From: an uncultured Acidobacteriota bacterium
GTDB taxonomy: Bacteria; Acidobacteriota; Thermoanaerobaculia; Gp7-AA8
Direction: 5' to 3'
Assembly (NCBI GenBank): GCA_963741955.1
Contig: CAVUKB010000010.1
Coordinates: 384,001 to 448,000, forward strand
DNA length: 64,000 nt
Shown here piece after piece: positions 9,385 to 18,532 of the stretch. Every line of letters starts with the position of its first letter. Position 1 is the stretch's first letter. The translations under genes and the position numbers were made by a program. The notes under the pieces are model-generated. The model saw only the letters and a list, made by a program, of their open reading frames with translations, made no database searches and was not told the DNA's origin.

Positions 9385-12029
9385 GGACGATGCGTGCTCA
9401 CATTCTGTCGCAACTGGCCGAGCCGCGCGACCAGTTCGACCCGTCGGGTGCGAGACTGCTCGACGACCTGGGCTGGAGCCTTCTCCAGAAATCCCGGATT
9501 CGCGAGGCGACCGTCGATGTTCGCGATCTCCCGCTCCACCTGTTCGATCTCTTTTCCGATCTTCGCGATCTGCTCCGGCGAGAGCGTCTGCTCGGGGAGC
9601 TCGATTCCGAGCTCGACGGTTCCGATCACGTCGCGATGCGCGTCGGCCGGAACAGGCTCGTTGATCCGCACCTCCGAAGCGCGGGCGAGATCGACCAGCA
9701 GATAAGAGTGGGCCTGGAAGAATGCGATGTCCTCTTCGCCCTCCACGCGGAGAAAGATGCGGAAGCGATCTCCCGGCTGATACCCGCGTTCGGCGCGAAC
9801 GTTACGGATCGTCGTCACCATCCCCTGGATGATCGCCACGCGACGTTCGGCTTCCGGGTCGTCGAGCATCTCGTCGGCGATCGGGTAGGGCGCCACCATC
9901 ACCGACGGTTCCACCCCACCGAGCTTCTGCCAGATCTCCTCGGAGACGAACGGCATGAACGGATGCAGCAGACGGAGCGAACGATCGAGCACTTCGAGAA
10001 GCACCCGCTTCGCATTCTTCTGATCTTTCGGATTCCCCTCTTTACCCAGCAGGACCGGCTTGGCCATCTCGATGTACCAGTCACAGAACTCGTGCCAGAC
10101 GAACTGGTAGATCTGGTTCGCGGCTTCGTCGAACCGGAACGCGGAGAGGGCCTTGTTCACCGAATCGGTGGTGTGGTTCGCGCGCGAGAGAATCCACCGC
10201 TCGACGGGGGCCAGCTCGTCGCCGTCGATCGGGCTGGCCGACGAGAGATCTCCTTCGATGTGCATCAGAGCGAAGCGCGACGCGTTCCAGATCTTCGTGC
10301 CGAACGCGGAGTAGCCGGCCATCCGGTTCTTCGCGAGGGGGATGTCGCGCCCCGTCGCGAGAATGGCGAGAGTGAAGCGGACCGCATCGGCGCCGAATTC
10401 CTCGATCACTTCCAGCGGATCGATGACGTTTCCCTTCGACTTGGACATCTTCTGGCCCTCTTCGTCTCGGACCAGACCATTGAGGAACACCTGGGTGAAG
10501 GGGACCTTCCCGGTGAAGCGGAGGCCCATCATGATCATCCGCGCCACCCAGAAAAAGAGGATGTCGAATCCGGTGATCAGCGTGTCGGTCGGGTAGAACG
10601 TGCGGAGATCGCTGGTCTCGTCGGGCCATCCCATGGTCGAGAACGGCCAGAGCGCGGACGAGAACCAGGTATCGAGAACGTCCGTTTCCTGGCGGAGCTC
10701 CTGATTTCCGCAGTGCGCGCATTTCTCCGGAGTCTCTTCGCTGACGATGACCTCTCCGCAGGCGCAGTACCATGCGGGGATGCGGTGTCCCCACCAGAGC
10801 TGGCGCGAGATGCACCAGTCGTGGATGTTCTCCATCCAGTTGAAGTAAGTGGCTTCCCACGATTGAGGAGTGATGGAAATGGTTCCGTTCCGAACCGCGT
10901 CGAGCGCCGGTTTCGCCAGCGGATCGATGCGGACGAACCACTGACGCGAGACCATCGGCTCGATGGCGGTGTCGCATTTCGCGCAGTAACCGACGGAATG
11001 CTCGTAGGGCTTGATCTCGCCGAGAAGCCCCTCCTCACGGAGATCGTCGATCACTTTTTTCCGCGCCTCGAAGCGGTCGAGGTGCGCATAGCCGGAGCCC
11101 GCTTCCTCGGTCATCTTTCCCGTCTCGTCGATCACCTGGATCTGAGCGAGGTCGTGGCGCTTTCCCGCTTCGTAATCGTTCTTGTCGTGAGCGGGCGTGA
11201 CCTTCACTACGCCGGTCCCGAAGGCGGGATCCACGAGGATGCCGTCCGCGACGATGGGGATGGTCCGGCTGGTCAGGGGAAGCCGGACCGTGCCGCCGAT
11301 CAGGTCGCGATAGCGGTCGTCGTCCGGATGGACCGCGACGGCGGTATCGCCGAGCATCGTCTCGGGACGGGTGGTGGCGACGGTGAGCCGGCGGTCGGTG
11401 CCGGTGACGGGATAATCGATGTGGTAGAGGCGGCCCTGGGTCTCGCGGTACTCGACTTCGATATCCGAGATCGCGGTCTGACAGCGAGGGCACCAGTTCA
11501 CCATGGCGAGGTCACGGTAGATCAGGCCGTCCTCGTAGAGGCGGACGAAGACGTGTCGCACCGCTCGGGAGAGTCCTTCGTCGAGCGTGAAGCGGGTGCG
11601 GCTCCAGTCGCAGGAGGAGCCGAGGCGCTTGAGCTGATCGATGATCTGATTGCCGTGCTCGTCCTTCCACTGCCAGACCCGCTCGATGAACTTCTCGCGA
11701 CCGATCTCGCGCCGGGAGATTCCCTGCTTCGCCAGATCGCGCTCCACCACCATCTGTGTCGCGATGCCGGCGTGGTCCGTGCCGGGGAGCCAGAGCGTGT
11801 TGAAGCCGCTCATCCGTTTCCAGCGAACGATGATGTCCTGGAGCGTGTTGACCAGCGCGTGCCCGATGTGCAGCCGCCCGGTGACGTTCGGGGGAGGGAT
11901 GACGATGGAGAACTTCGGCCGCTCCGGGTCGTCGACCGGCGTGAAGAACCCTTCTTCCTCCCAGAATCGGTACCACTTCTGTTCGAGCTCGGCTGGTTCG
12001 TATCGTTTTGGCAGTTCCGTCTTGTGCAT
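9381..12029 (-). CDS. valS: Valine--tRNA ligase
   Basis: PPPNVTGRLHIGH, DWCISRQLWWGH, KMSKS, C-terminal coiled coil. Start is 12029 or 12041. Confidence 0.99.
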   Translation of the reverse strand: MHKTELPKRYEPAELEQKWYRFWEEEGFFTPVDDPERPKFSIVIPPPNVTGRLHIGHALVNTLQDIIVRWKRMSGFNTLWLPGTDHAGIATQMVVERDLAKQGISRREIGREKFIERVWQWKDEHGNQIIDQLKRLGSSCDWSRTRFTLDEGLSRAVRHVFVRLYEDGLIYRDLAMVNWCPRCQTAISDIEVEYRETQGRLYHIDYPVTGTDRRLTVATTRPETMLGDTAVAVHPDDDRYRDLIGGTVRLPLTSRTIPIVADGILVDPAFGTGVVKVTPAHDKNDYEAGKRHDLAQIQVIDETGKMTEEAGSGYAHLDRFEARKKVIDDLREEGLLGEIKPYEHSVGYCAKCDTAIEPMVSRQWFVRIDPLAKPALDAVRNGTISITPQSWEATYFNWMENIHDWCISRQLWWGHRIPAWYCACGEVIVSEETPEKCAHCGNQELRQETDVLDTWFSSALWPFSTMGWPDETSDLRTFYPTDTLITGFDILFFWVARMIMMGLRFTGKVPFTQVFLNGLVRDEEGQKMSKSKGNVIDPLEVIEEFGADAVRFTLAILATGRDIPLAKNRMAGYSAFGTKIWNASRFALMHIEGDLSSASPIDGDELAPVERWILSRANHTTDSVNKALSAFRFDEAANQIYQFVWHEFCDWYIEMAKPVLLGKEGNPKDQKNAKRVLLEVLDRSLRLLHPFMPFVSEEIWQKLGGVEPSVMVAPYPIADEMLDDPEAERRVAIIQGMVTTIRNVRAERGYQPGDRFRIFLRVEGEEDIAFFQAHSYLLVDLARASEVRINEPVPADAHRDVIGTVELGIELPEQTLSPEQIAKIGKEIEQVEREIANIDGRLANPGFLEKAPAQVVEQSRTRRVELVARLGQLRQNVSTHRP

Positions 12030-12165
12030 ACCGCGATTCATCCCCCGAAAGAGTGGGCATTATATTCTGACCGTGGCGTGAATCCGCGAGGGCCTCGAAT
12101 CGGTCGCACGGCGGTCGCGTGAAGAGTGGAATCGCACTCGATTCCCGCGGGTTGGTTCCGGCTGC

Positions 12166-13266
12166 ATGGCTGAAAACGACGATTCGATGTTGATGCTCGG
12201 GATCGAGAGCTCGTGCGACGAGACTTCGGTCGCTCTGCTGAATGGCGAGGGGGAAGTGCGGGCGAATCTGATTGCCTCGCAGATCGAGCGGCACCAGCCG
12301 TTCGGAGGCGTGGTTCCGGAGATTGCGTCGCGAGAGCATCTCGACAACCTCATGCCGCTGATGCGGAAGGCTCTCGCCGACAGCGGGAAGGCGCTCGGGG
12401 ACGTCACCGCCGTGTCCGTGACCTGCGGCCCCGGCCTGATCGGAGCGCTTCTGGTCGGCGTGGCGGCCGCGCAGGGACTCGCGTACGGGCTCGGCATTCC
12501 GCTCATTCCGGTGAATCATCTCGAGGGGCACGTCTTTTCGCCGTTCCTCCGCAGCGACGGATCGGCGCGTGCGCTTCCGCCACGGTTCTTCAGCCTCGTC
12601 GTTTCGGGGGGACACTCGTCGGTGTACGAGGTGACCGCGGACGGTGAGCAGAGATCGATCCGGATGCTGAACCGGACTCGAGACGATGCTGCCGGTGAGG
12701 TGTTCGACAAGGTGGGGAAGTTCGTCGGGCTCCCGTATCCCGGTGGCCCTCACATCGAGAAAACCGCGAAGGAAGGGGATCCGGAGCGCTTCCGCTTTCC
12801 CCTGGCCCGGTTCAAGGATGATTCGGTCGATTTCTCGTTTTCGGGATTGAAGTCGAATGCGATCCGGCTCGCGAGACAGCTCGGCCTCGAAGCGGCCGCT
12901 GGCGGCGACGGGAGCGGCTCGCAGGTTCTGGCGGACTTCTGCGCGTCGTTCCAGAAGGCGATCGGGGATCAGATCCTCGACCGGCTGGGAAAGCTGTGGG
13001 ATTCGCGGGAGCGAGCATCGAGGCCTGCACTTCTCGCGCTCGCCGGAGGCGTCGCGGCGAATGGAGATCTGAGAGAGAGGATCGGCAGCTGGTGCTCGGA
13101 GCGTGGCGTCGAGGCGCTTCTTCCGGAGCGGAGGTATTGCACCGACAACGCGGCGATGATCGCGTTCGCGGGGCTGCAGAGGTGGCGGTCAGGCGAGGTC
13201 AGCGGCGACCCGCGGCGGGTGCCCGCGTATTCGAGAATGCCGCTCGGTGCGAGCGATGAGCGATGA
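12166..13266 (+). CDS. tsaD: tRNA threonylcarbamoyladenosine transferase TsaD
   Basis: LGIESSCDET, GGVVPEIASREH, NHLEGH, VSGGH, DDAAGE, FSFSGLK, CTDNAAMI. Confidence 0.97.
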   Translation: MAENDDSMLMLGIESSCDETSVALLNGEGEVRANLIASQIERHQPFGGVVPEIASREHLDNLMPLMRKALADSGKALGDVTAVSVTCGPGLIGALLVGVAAAQGLAYGLGIPLIPVNHLEGHVFSPFLRSDGSARALPPRFFSLVVSGGHSSVYEVTADGEQRSIRMLNRTRDDAAGEVFDKVGKFVGLPYPGGPHIEKTAKEGDPERFRFPLARFKDDSVDFSFSGLKSNAIRLARQLGLEAAAGGDGSGSQVLADFCASFQKAIGDQILDRLGKLWDSRERASRPALLALAGGVAANGDLRERIGSWCSERGVEALLPERRYCTDNAAMIAFAGLQRWRSGEVSGDPRRVPAYSRMPLGASDER

Positions 13267-13303
13267 GCGGCGAGCGGCGAGCGATGAGCGGCGAGCGGCG
13301 AGA
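13251..13303 (+). repeat. Heptamer tandem array (GAGCGAT/GAGCGGC) overlapping the tsaD stop
   Basis: About 7 units. The array encodes the last tsaD codons and the TGA. Confidence 0.9.
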
Positions 13304-13359
13304 AACCTCCGGACGAGTCGATTCGTCCTATTGATAGCCGCGGGAATCGTACCTCCTAC

Positions 13360-13538
13360 ACGACACCCCGTATGGGCAACGGGGTGAACCTTCCTGGTGG
13401 CAACAGCAGTCGAGGCCGGATTCCGAAACGGTAACCGGCCCCGCTGCTGCAGAGATGGATGGGTGGGGCGGCTCTGCAGCGGCTGAAGTCAACACGATCA
13501 CGAAGAAAGCGCCGGTGGGCTGCCGGCGCTTTCTTTTT
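13360..13538 (+). ncRNA. Candidate structured non-coding RNA or riboswitch-like element (family not recognised)
   Basis: Consecutive stems CACCCCGT/ACGGGGTG, CTGGTG-gcaa-CAGCAG, GGCCGG/CCGGCC, GCTGCAGAG/CTCTGCAGC, ending in a strong intrinsic terminator. No convincing ORF. Confidence 0.45.
13503..13538 (+). terminator. Intrinsic terminator
   Basis: AAGAAAGCGCCGG-7nt-CCGGCGCTTTCTT followed by TTT. Confidence 0.85.
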
Positions 13539-13868
13539 CGAGGCTCGGGGCTCGAGGTACGAGGCTCGACGGATCTCCTGCCCTCTCACCGTGGACTCTT
13601 CCCCGGAACCGAAACGGGAGCCGCCTGCTCTCTTTGCGGCGCCGCCCTTCGGGCTCGCGAAATCTGCGGCGTCGCCCCCCCGGCTCACGCCGGGGGCTTC
13701 ACGAGGTACCGCCCTTCGGGCTTCCTCGCTTCTCGTCTCTCGTCTTTCGTCCCGAGCCCCGAGTCCCGAGCCCCGAGCCCCGAGTCCCGAGCCCCGAGCC
13801 CCAAGCCCCGAGCCTCGAGCCTCGAGTCCCGAGCCTCGAGCCCCGCCTCTCTCGCCTCTCGCCTCTCG
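13539..13868. repeat. Composite repeat: inverted heptamer arrays enclosing REP-like hairpins
   Basis: CGAGGCT x4 (13539-13569); CCGCCCTTCGGGCT x2 and CCCCCGGC..GCCGGGGG (13640-13722); CGTCTCT/CGAGCCC/CGCCTCT array of about 20 units (13725-13868). Confidence 0.85.
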
Positions 13869-13884
13869 TGCCACAATACCGGCC

Positions 13885-14790
13885 ATGAAGATCGTGATCT
13901 CCGGCGGAAGCGGATTGATCGGCGAAGCAGTGACGACCGCGCTCGCCCGCCGAGGAGAGGTCGGCGTGCTCACCCGCAACCCGGCGAAGGTCTCGACCGG
14001 ACGTCCGATCCGGTGGGATCCTGCGGAAACCCGCGGATCGTGGCAGGACGAGGTGGCGGCGGCGGACGTGGTGGTCAACCTCGCGGGGGAGAATGCCGGT
14101 GAAGGGCGCTGGAGCGAGGCGAAGAAACGGCGCCTGGTCGGGAGCCGGATCGAGGCCACCCGGAGCCTGGTCGACGCGATGCGGCGCTCGGAGCGGAGCG
14201 AGCGGTTGCTGATCAGTGCCTCGGCGGTCGGGATCTACGGCAATCGCGGCGATGAGATTCTCGAGGATGATGCGCCGAGCGGTTCGGGCCTTCTCGCGGA
14301 TCTCGGCCGTGCATGGGAAGCGGAGGCGAGACAGGCCGAGAGCGTGTCGAGAGTGGTGATCTTCCGGTTTGGCCTGGTGCTCTCGAGTCGTGGAGGTGCC
14401 CTCGCCCGGATGCTTCCCATTTTCCGGGCCGGCGTCGGAGGACGCCTCGGGGACGGAACGCAGTGGTGGCCGTGGATCGATCTCGACGACGTGGCGATGC
14501 TCTGCGACCGGGTGATCGACCGGCGCGATGCGGCGGGGACGTACAACGCGGTCGCACCGGAACCGGTGCGGAACGCGGAGTTCACGCGCGAGCTCGCGAG
14601 AGCGATGCACCGTCCGGCGATCCTTCCTGCGCCGGCGTTCGCGTTGCGGCTCGCGTTCGGTCAGATGGCGGACGAGATGATTCTGGCCAGCCAGAGGGCC
14701 GTTCCGCGCCGGCTCCTCGCCGAAGGATTCGAGCTCGCGCAGCCCGAGCTCGGCGAGGCGCTGCGATGGGAGCTCGCGCGGACGCGATGA
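13885..14790 (+). CDS. TIGR01777 family NAD(P)-dependent oxidoreductase (YfcH-like)
   Basis: MKIVISGGSGLIG Rossmann motif, VNLAGE, SASAVGIYG, GGRLGDGTQWWPWI, SQRAVP. Confidence 0.92.
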   Translation: MKIVISGGSGLIGEAVTTALARRGEVGVLTRNPAKVSTGRPIRWDPAETRGSWQDEVAAADVVVNLAGENAGEGRWSEAKKRRLVGSRIEATRSLVDAMRRSERSERLLISASAVGIYGNRGDEILEDDAPSGSGLLADLGRAWEAEARQAESVSRVVIFRFGLVLSSRGGALARMLPIFRAGVGGRLGDGTQWWPWIDLDDVAMLCDRVIDRRDAAGTYNAVAPEPVRNAEFTRELARAMHRPAILPAPAFALRLAFGQMADEMILASQRAVPRRLLAEGFELAQPELGEALRWELARTR

Positions 14791-15252
14791 GCGAGGGGCG
14801 GGCTTCGGGAATCTGTATCAAGACCTGACCCTTTCGCTGAGATTCGCCACGGCGGTGCGGTTCGATCCGGATTCCCTCCTTTGCGAGCGCTTCCCGGCGA
14901 CGAACGATCCGGGATCGAGCCGCGAATCAGCGTGGAGTCACCAGGTCGCATCCCTTCCGTGACCATCATGTCACCGCCGGCGAAGGTGAGATGGTGCGGC
15001 GAGCGACGCCCACGTTCCCGAACGGTTGTTTTGTATCTTCGGAATTCGGATGAGCGGACGTCTCGGTTCGGAGATCCGAAGATCTCTCTTCGTGACGTTC
15101 CTGAAACGACTCGTAAGTCGCATGGTGCGAGTCGTTTCGCGCCGTCACAGTTTCGTGCGGCGCGGCAGCGGGATTGGATGGACGTGGAGCGCGGTCCGGC
15201 TCGAGAGCACTTCCAGCACTCGACGACGGACCGGATACGAAGGGAGGTATGG

Positions 15253-18156
15253 ATGAAGCTCCACAAAACAGTTGTCGCAGCACTTGCCCTCCTGTTCGTC
15301 GCGACGCTCGCGTTCGGACAGGGAGCGACGACATCGGTCCTGAGCGGAACGGTGACGAACGATGGCACCGCGCTTCCGGGCGTGACCGTGACGATCGCGT
15401 CGCCGGCGCTGCAGGGCGTCAGAACCGCGGTGACGAACGAGAATGGCGGATACAACTTTCCGGCGATCCCGCCGGGACTGTACACCGTCACGTTCGAGAT
15501 GGACGGAATGCAGACCATCGAGAAGAAGAGCCAGATCGGTCTCGCGCAGACCGCGAAGGTCGACGCGGCGATGAAACTCTCGACGGTCGCCGAGGCCATC
15601 ACGGTCACCGCGAGCGCGCCGGCGGTCCTCGAAACACAGGAAGTCGAGTCGAACATCAGCGCGAAGCTGGTGGAAGACCTTCCTCTGGCGCGTACGCTGG
15701 TGGGAACGGTGTCGATCGCTCCGGGCGTGACTCAGAATGGCCCGAACGGCGGCACGGTGATCTCCGGCGCACCCTCCTTCGACAGCCTCTGGGTGGTGAA
15801 CGGCGCGGTGGTCAACGAGAATCTCCGCGGACAGCCACACGACCTCTTCATCGAGGACGCGCTCCAGGAGACGACGGTTCTCAACGGCGCCATCTCCGCC
15901 GAGTACGGCCGCTTCACCGGCGGCGTGGTGACGGCGATCTCCAAGTCCGGAGGCAACGATTTCTCCGGATCGTTCCGCGACAGTTTCACCAATCCGTCGT
16001 GGACGGCGAAGACACCGTTGAACGAGCCCGATCCGATCGACTCGCTCAACGAAGTCTACGAGGCGACTTTCGGCGGCCGGATCATCCGGGACCGGCTCTG
16101 GTTCTTCACTGCCGGCCGATATTTCGACCGCTCGACCCAGCAGTTCTTCACCAACAGCACCATCCCGTTCACCAACGGCCGCAAGCAGCAGCGTCTGGAA
16201 GGAAAGCTGACCGGCCAGATCACCCCGTCTCACAGCGTCGTGGTTTCGGCCCTCGACATCACCGACAAAGAGACCAACAACTGTTTCGGAAGCTGCTACG
16301 AGCCTTCCGCGCTCGACAAATCGCGTGAGCTCCCCAACAGCTTCCTGACCGTTCACTACAACGGCATCTTCGCCAGCAACCTTCTGCTCGAAGGCGCCTA
16401 TTCGAAGAAGGACTTCTCGTTCAAGGGCTCCGGCGGCGATTTCCGCGGCCGGGACAACGGAACGAACGTCTACAGCTACTTCGATGGCGCATACCTCGGA
16501 GCGCCGACCTTCTGCGGCGTCTGCGGGGATGAAGAGCGCAACAACGAAAACTGGCAGGCGAAGGCGACGTACTACCTCTCCGCCGGTTCGTTCGGCACCC
16601 ACAACATCGTGGCCGGCTACGACGACTGGTCCGAGACCATCAAGTCGAACAATTACCAGTCCGGCAGCGACTTCACGATCTGGGAGTTCACCTCTCCGAC
16701 CCGCAACGCGGACGGCTCGGTCTTCCCGACCTTCGAGACCGGCGACTTCATCATCTGGTGGCCGATTCTGGAGGCGAGCAAGGGAACCGATTTCAAGACC
16801 CGCTCCACATTCGTGAACGACAAGTGGGATCTGAACAGCAAGATGAGCTTCAACCTCGGGCTCCGCTACGACGCGAACAAAGGTTACGACGGTTCGGGTC
16901 AGCTGCGGGCCAACGATTCGAAGTTCAGCCCGCGCCTCGGCGCCATCTACGACGTGAACGGGAACGGAAAGCTCCGGTTCAACGTCAGCTACTCGAAGTA
17001 CGTCTCCAAGATCGCGGACGGAAACGTCGGTGACGCAGCATCTCCGGCCGGAAGCCCGTCGTATCTCTACTGGTATTACGCCGGTCCGACCATCAGCGGA
17101 CTGCCGACCACGCAGGCGCTCGCGCAGCTCTTCTCGTGGTTCGACAGCGTGGGTGGAGTGAACAACACCGACTTCCTGCTCGGCGGCGGCAGCAACGGAA
17201 TTCAGACCCAGATCCCGAACAGCCTCAAGTCTCCCGGCGTCGACGAGTACACCGCAGGCGTCGGAAGCCAGCTCGGGAACGGATTCCTCCGCCTCGACTA
17301 CATCCACCGGAAGTGGAACGACTTCTACACCACCCGTACCGACCAGTCGACCGGACAGGCGTTCGATCCTCTGGCCAACGGCTACGTCGACGTCGCCATC
17401 GTCCAGAACAGCGACGAGTTCACCCGGAAGTACGAAGCCTTCCAGCTCCAGGGCAATTACCGGATCATGCGGCCCCTGACGCTCGGCGGCAACTACACCT
17501 GGTCGAAGCTTCGCGGGAACCTCGAAGGTGAGACCAGTGGCTCCGGACCCGTTGCGGGAACCGGCAGCGACTACTATCCGGAGTACACCGCGTTCGCGCG
17601 GAACAACCCCATCGGCTACCTCGCCGAAGACCAGCGTCACAAGGCCCGCGTCTGGGTGACGTACGATCTCCCGACTCCGGCGGGCGACTTCAACTTCAGC
17701 GCGCTCGAGCGGTACGACTCGGGAACCCCGTACTCGGCAGTCGGCGGCATCAACGACGCGAGCATCATCGGCGACTACGGCTACAACACCCCGCCGAGCA
17801 ACATCAATTACTACTTCAGCGACCGCGGCGCGTTCCGCTGGGACAACGTGACCGCGACCGATCTGTCGGTCAACTACACGTTCCCGATCAGGACGGTGCA
17901 GCTCTTCCTGCAGGGCGAGTTGCTCAACGCGTTCGACGAGAACGCGCAGATCGCCGGCGATACGACGGTCCTGACGGCACGCAACAGCAACTGCCATCAG
18001 GCCGACGGCTCCCGCTGCGCGGCGTTCAATCCGTTCACCGACACGCCGGTTCTCGGCGTGAATTACCAGTACGGTTCGAACTTCGGGAAGGCGCTCAACG
18101 TGGGCGACTACCAGCTGCCACGAACCTACCGTTTCTCGGCGGGCGTCCGCTTCTGA
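15253..18156 (+). CDS. TonB-dependent receptor-like outer-membrane protein (Oar-like, N-terminal carboxypeptidase-regulatory-like domain), paralog 1
   Basis: RBS GGAGG, signal peptide, LPGVTVTIASPALQG, ISAEYGRFTGGVV, FNLGLRYD, C-terminal Phe (YRFSAGVRF). Confidence 0.9.
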   Translation: MKLHKTVVAALALLFVATLAFGQGATTSVLSGTVTNDGTALPGVTVTIASPALQGVRTAVTNENGGYNFPAIPPGLYTVTFEMDGMQTIEKKSQIGLAQTAKVDAAMKLSTVAEAITVTASAPAVLETQEVESNISAKLVEDLPLARTLVGTVSIAPGVTQNGPNGGTVISGAPSFDSLWVVNGAVVNENLRGQPHDLFIEDALQETTVLNGAISAEYGRFTGGVVTAISKSGGNDFSGSFRDSFTNPSWTAKTPLNEPDPIDSLNEVYEATFGGRIIRDRLWFFTAGRYFDRSTQQFFTNSTIPFTNGRKQQRLEGKLTGQITPSHSVVVSALDITDKETNNCFGSCYEPSALDKSRELPNSFLTVHYNGIFASNLLLEGAYSKKDFSFKGSGGDFRGRDNGTNVYSYFDGAYLGAPTFCGVCGDEERNNENWQAKATYYLSAGSFGTHNIVAGYDDWSETIKSNNYQSGSDFTIWEFTSPTRNADGSVFPTFETGDFIIWWPILEASKGTDFKTRSTFVNDKWDLNSKMSFNLGLRYDANKGYDGSGQLRANDSKFSPRLGAIYDVNGNGKLRFNVSYSKYVSKIADGNVGDAASPAGSPSYLYWYYAGPTISGLPTTQALAQLFSWFDSVGGVNNTDFLLGGGSNGIQTQIPNSLKSPGVDEYTAGVGSQLGNGFLRLDYIHRKWNDFYTTRTDQSTGQAFDPLANGYVDVAIVQNSDEFTRKYEAFQLQGNYRIMRPLTLGGNYTWSKLRGNLEGETSGSGPVAGTGSDYYPEYTAFARNNPIGYLAEDQRHKARVWVTYDLPTPAGDFNFSALERYDSGTPYSAVGGINDASIIGDYGYNTPPSNINYYFSDRGAFRWDNVTATDLSVNYTFPIRTVQLFLQGELLNAFDENAQIAGDTTVLTARNSNCHQADGSRCAAFNPFTDTPVLGVNYQYGSNFGKALNVGDYQLPRTYRFSAGVRF

Positions 18157-18182
18157 CGGAACGCTCCCAACCGAGGATTCTC

Positions 18183-18212
18183 GAGCCCCGGCCGGAAGGC
18201 CGGGGCTTTTTC
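18183..18212 (+). terminator. Intrinsic terminator
   Basis: GAGCCCCGGCC-ggaa-GGCCGGGGCTT-TTT. Confidence 0.85.
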
Positions 18213-18458
18213 GTTCCGGGAGACGAGGAGAGACCCCGGAGTTGTCGCGCAGCCGAGGGGTAACCCGGGACAGTCCGGGGTAAGGCGCACCGTCCGGCGC
18301 TGAGGAGAGGCGCGGCCTCGGGTCGCCCGGGACTTCGAAACGGTTTCGTCGCAAAAAGTTCAGCGAACCGTTCGCGGAATCCGGAATCCTGAAGATCGGC
18401 CCGGACGGAGGATCCGGGCGATCGGGCCAACCTCTTTTCGGAGAGAGACTTCGCCGAT

Positions 18459-18489
18459 TTGACACAAGTGGTAACGAATTTGTAATAAT
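18459..18489 (+). promoter_or_regulatory. Sigma70-like promoter of TBDR paralog 2
   Basis: TTGACA at 18459-18464 followed by an AT-rich TGTAATAAT -10 region. Confidence 0.55.
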
Positions 18490-18532
18490 GCCGTCCGAAT
18501 CGTAGTCCGATTCCTAATTGACAGGGGGTTTT

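Noticed and set aside
9147-12122. Long antisense ORFs (991 aa here; also 15145-18465, 18095-20452, 21157-23736, 43277-44998, 47148-48971, 52127-53767)
   Set aside because: Shadow frames opposite well-supported genes, as expected in high-GC DNA.
13360-13500. Match to FMN, c-di-AMP, NAD+-I or HDV-like RNAs via GGGGTGAA, CCCCGTA and GGGCAAC
   Set aside because: Only short words match; the required helices and flanking consensus could not be built by eye. Kept as an unknown RNA.
14850-14880. tRNA-like GGTTCGATCC
   Set aside because: No acceptor, D or anticodon stems could be formed around it.
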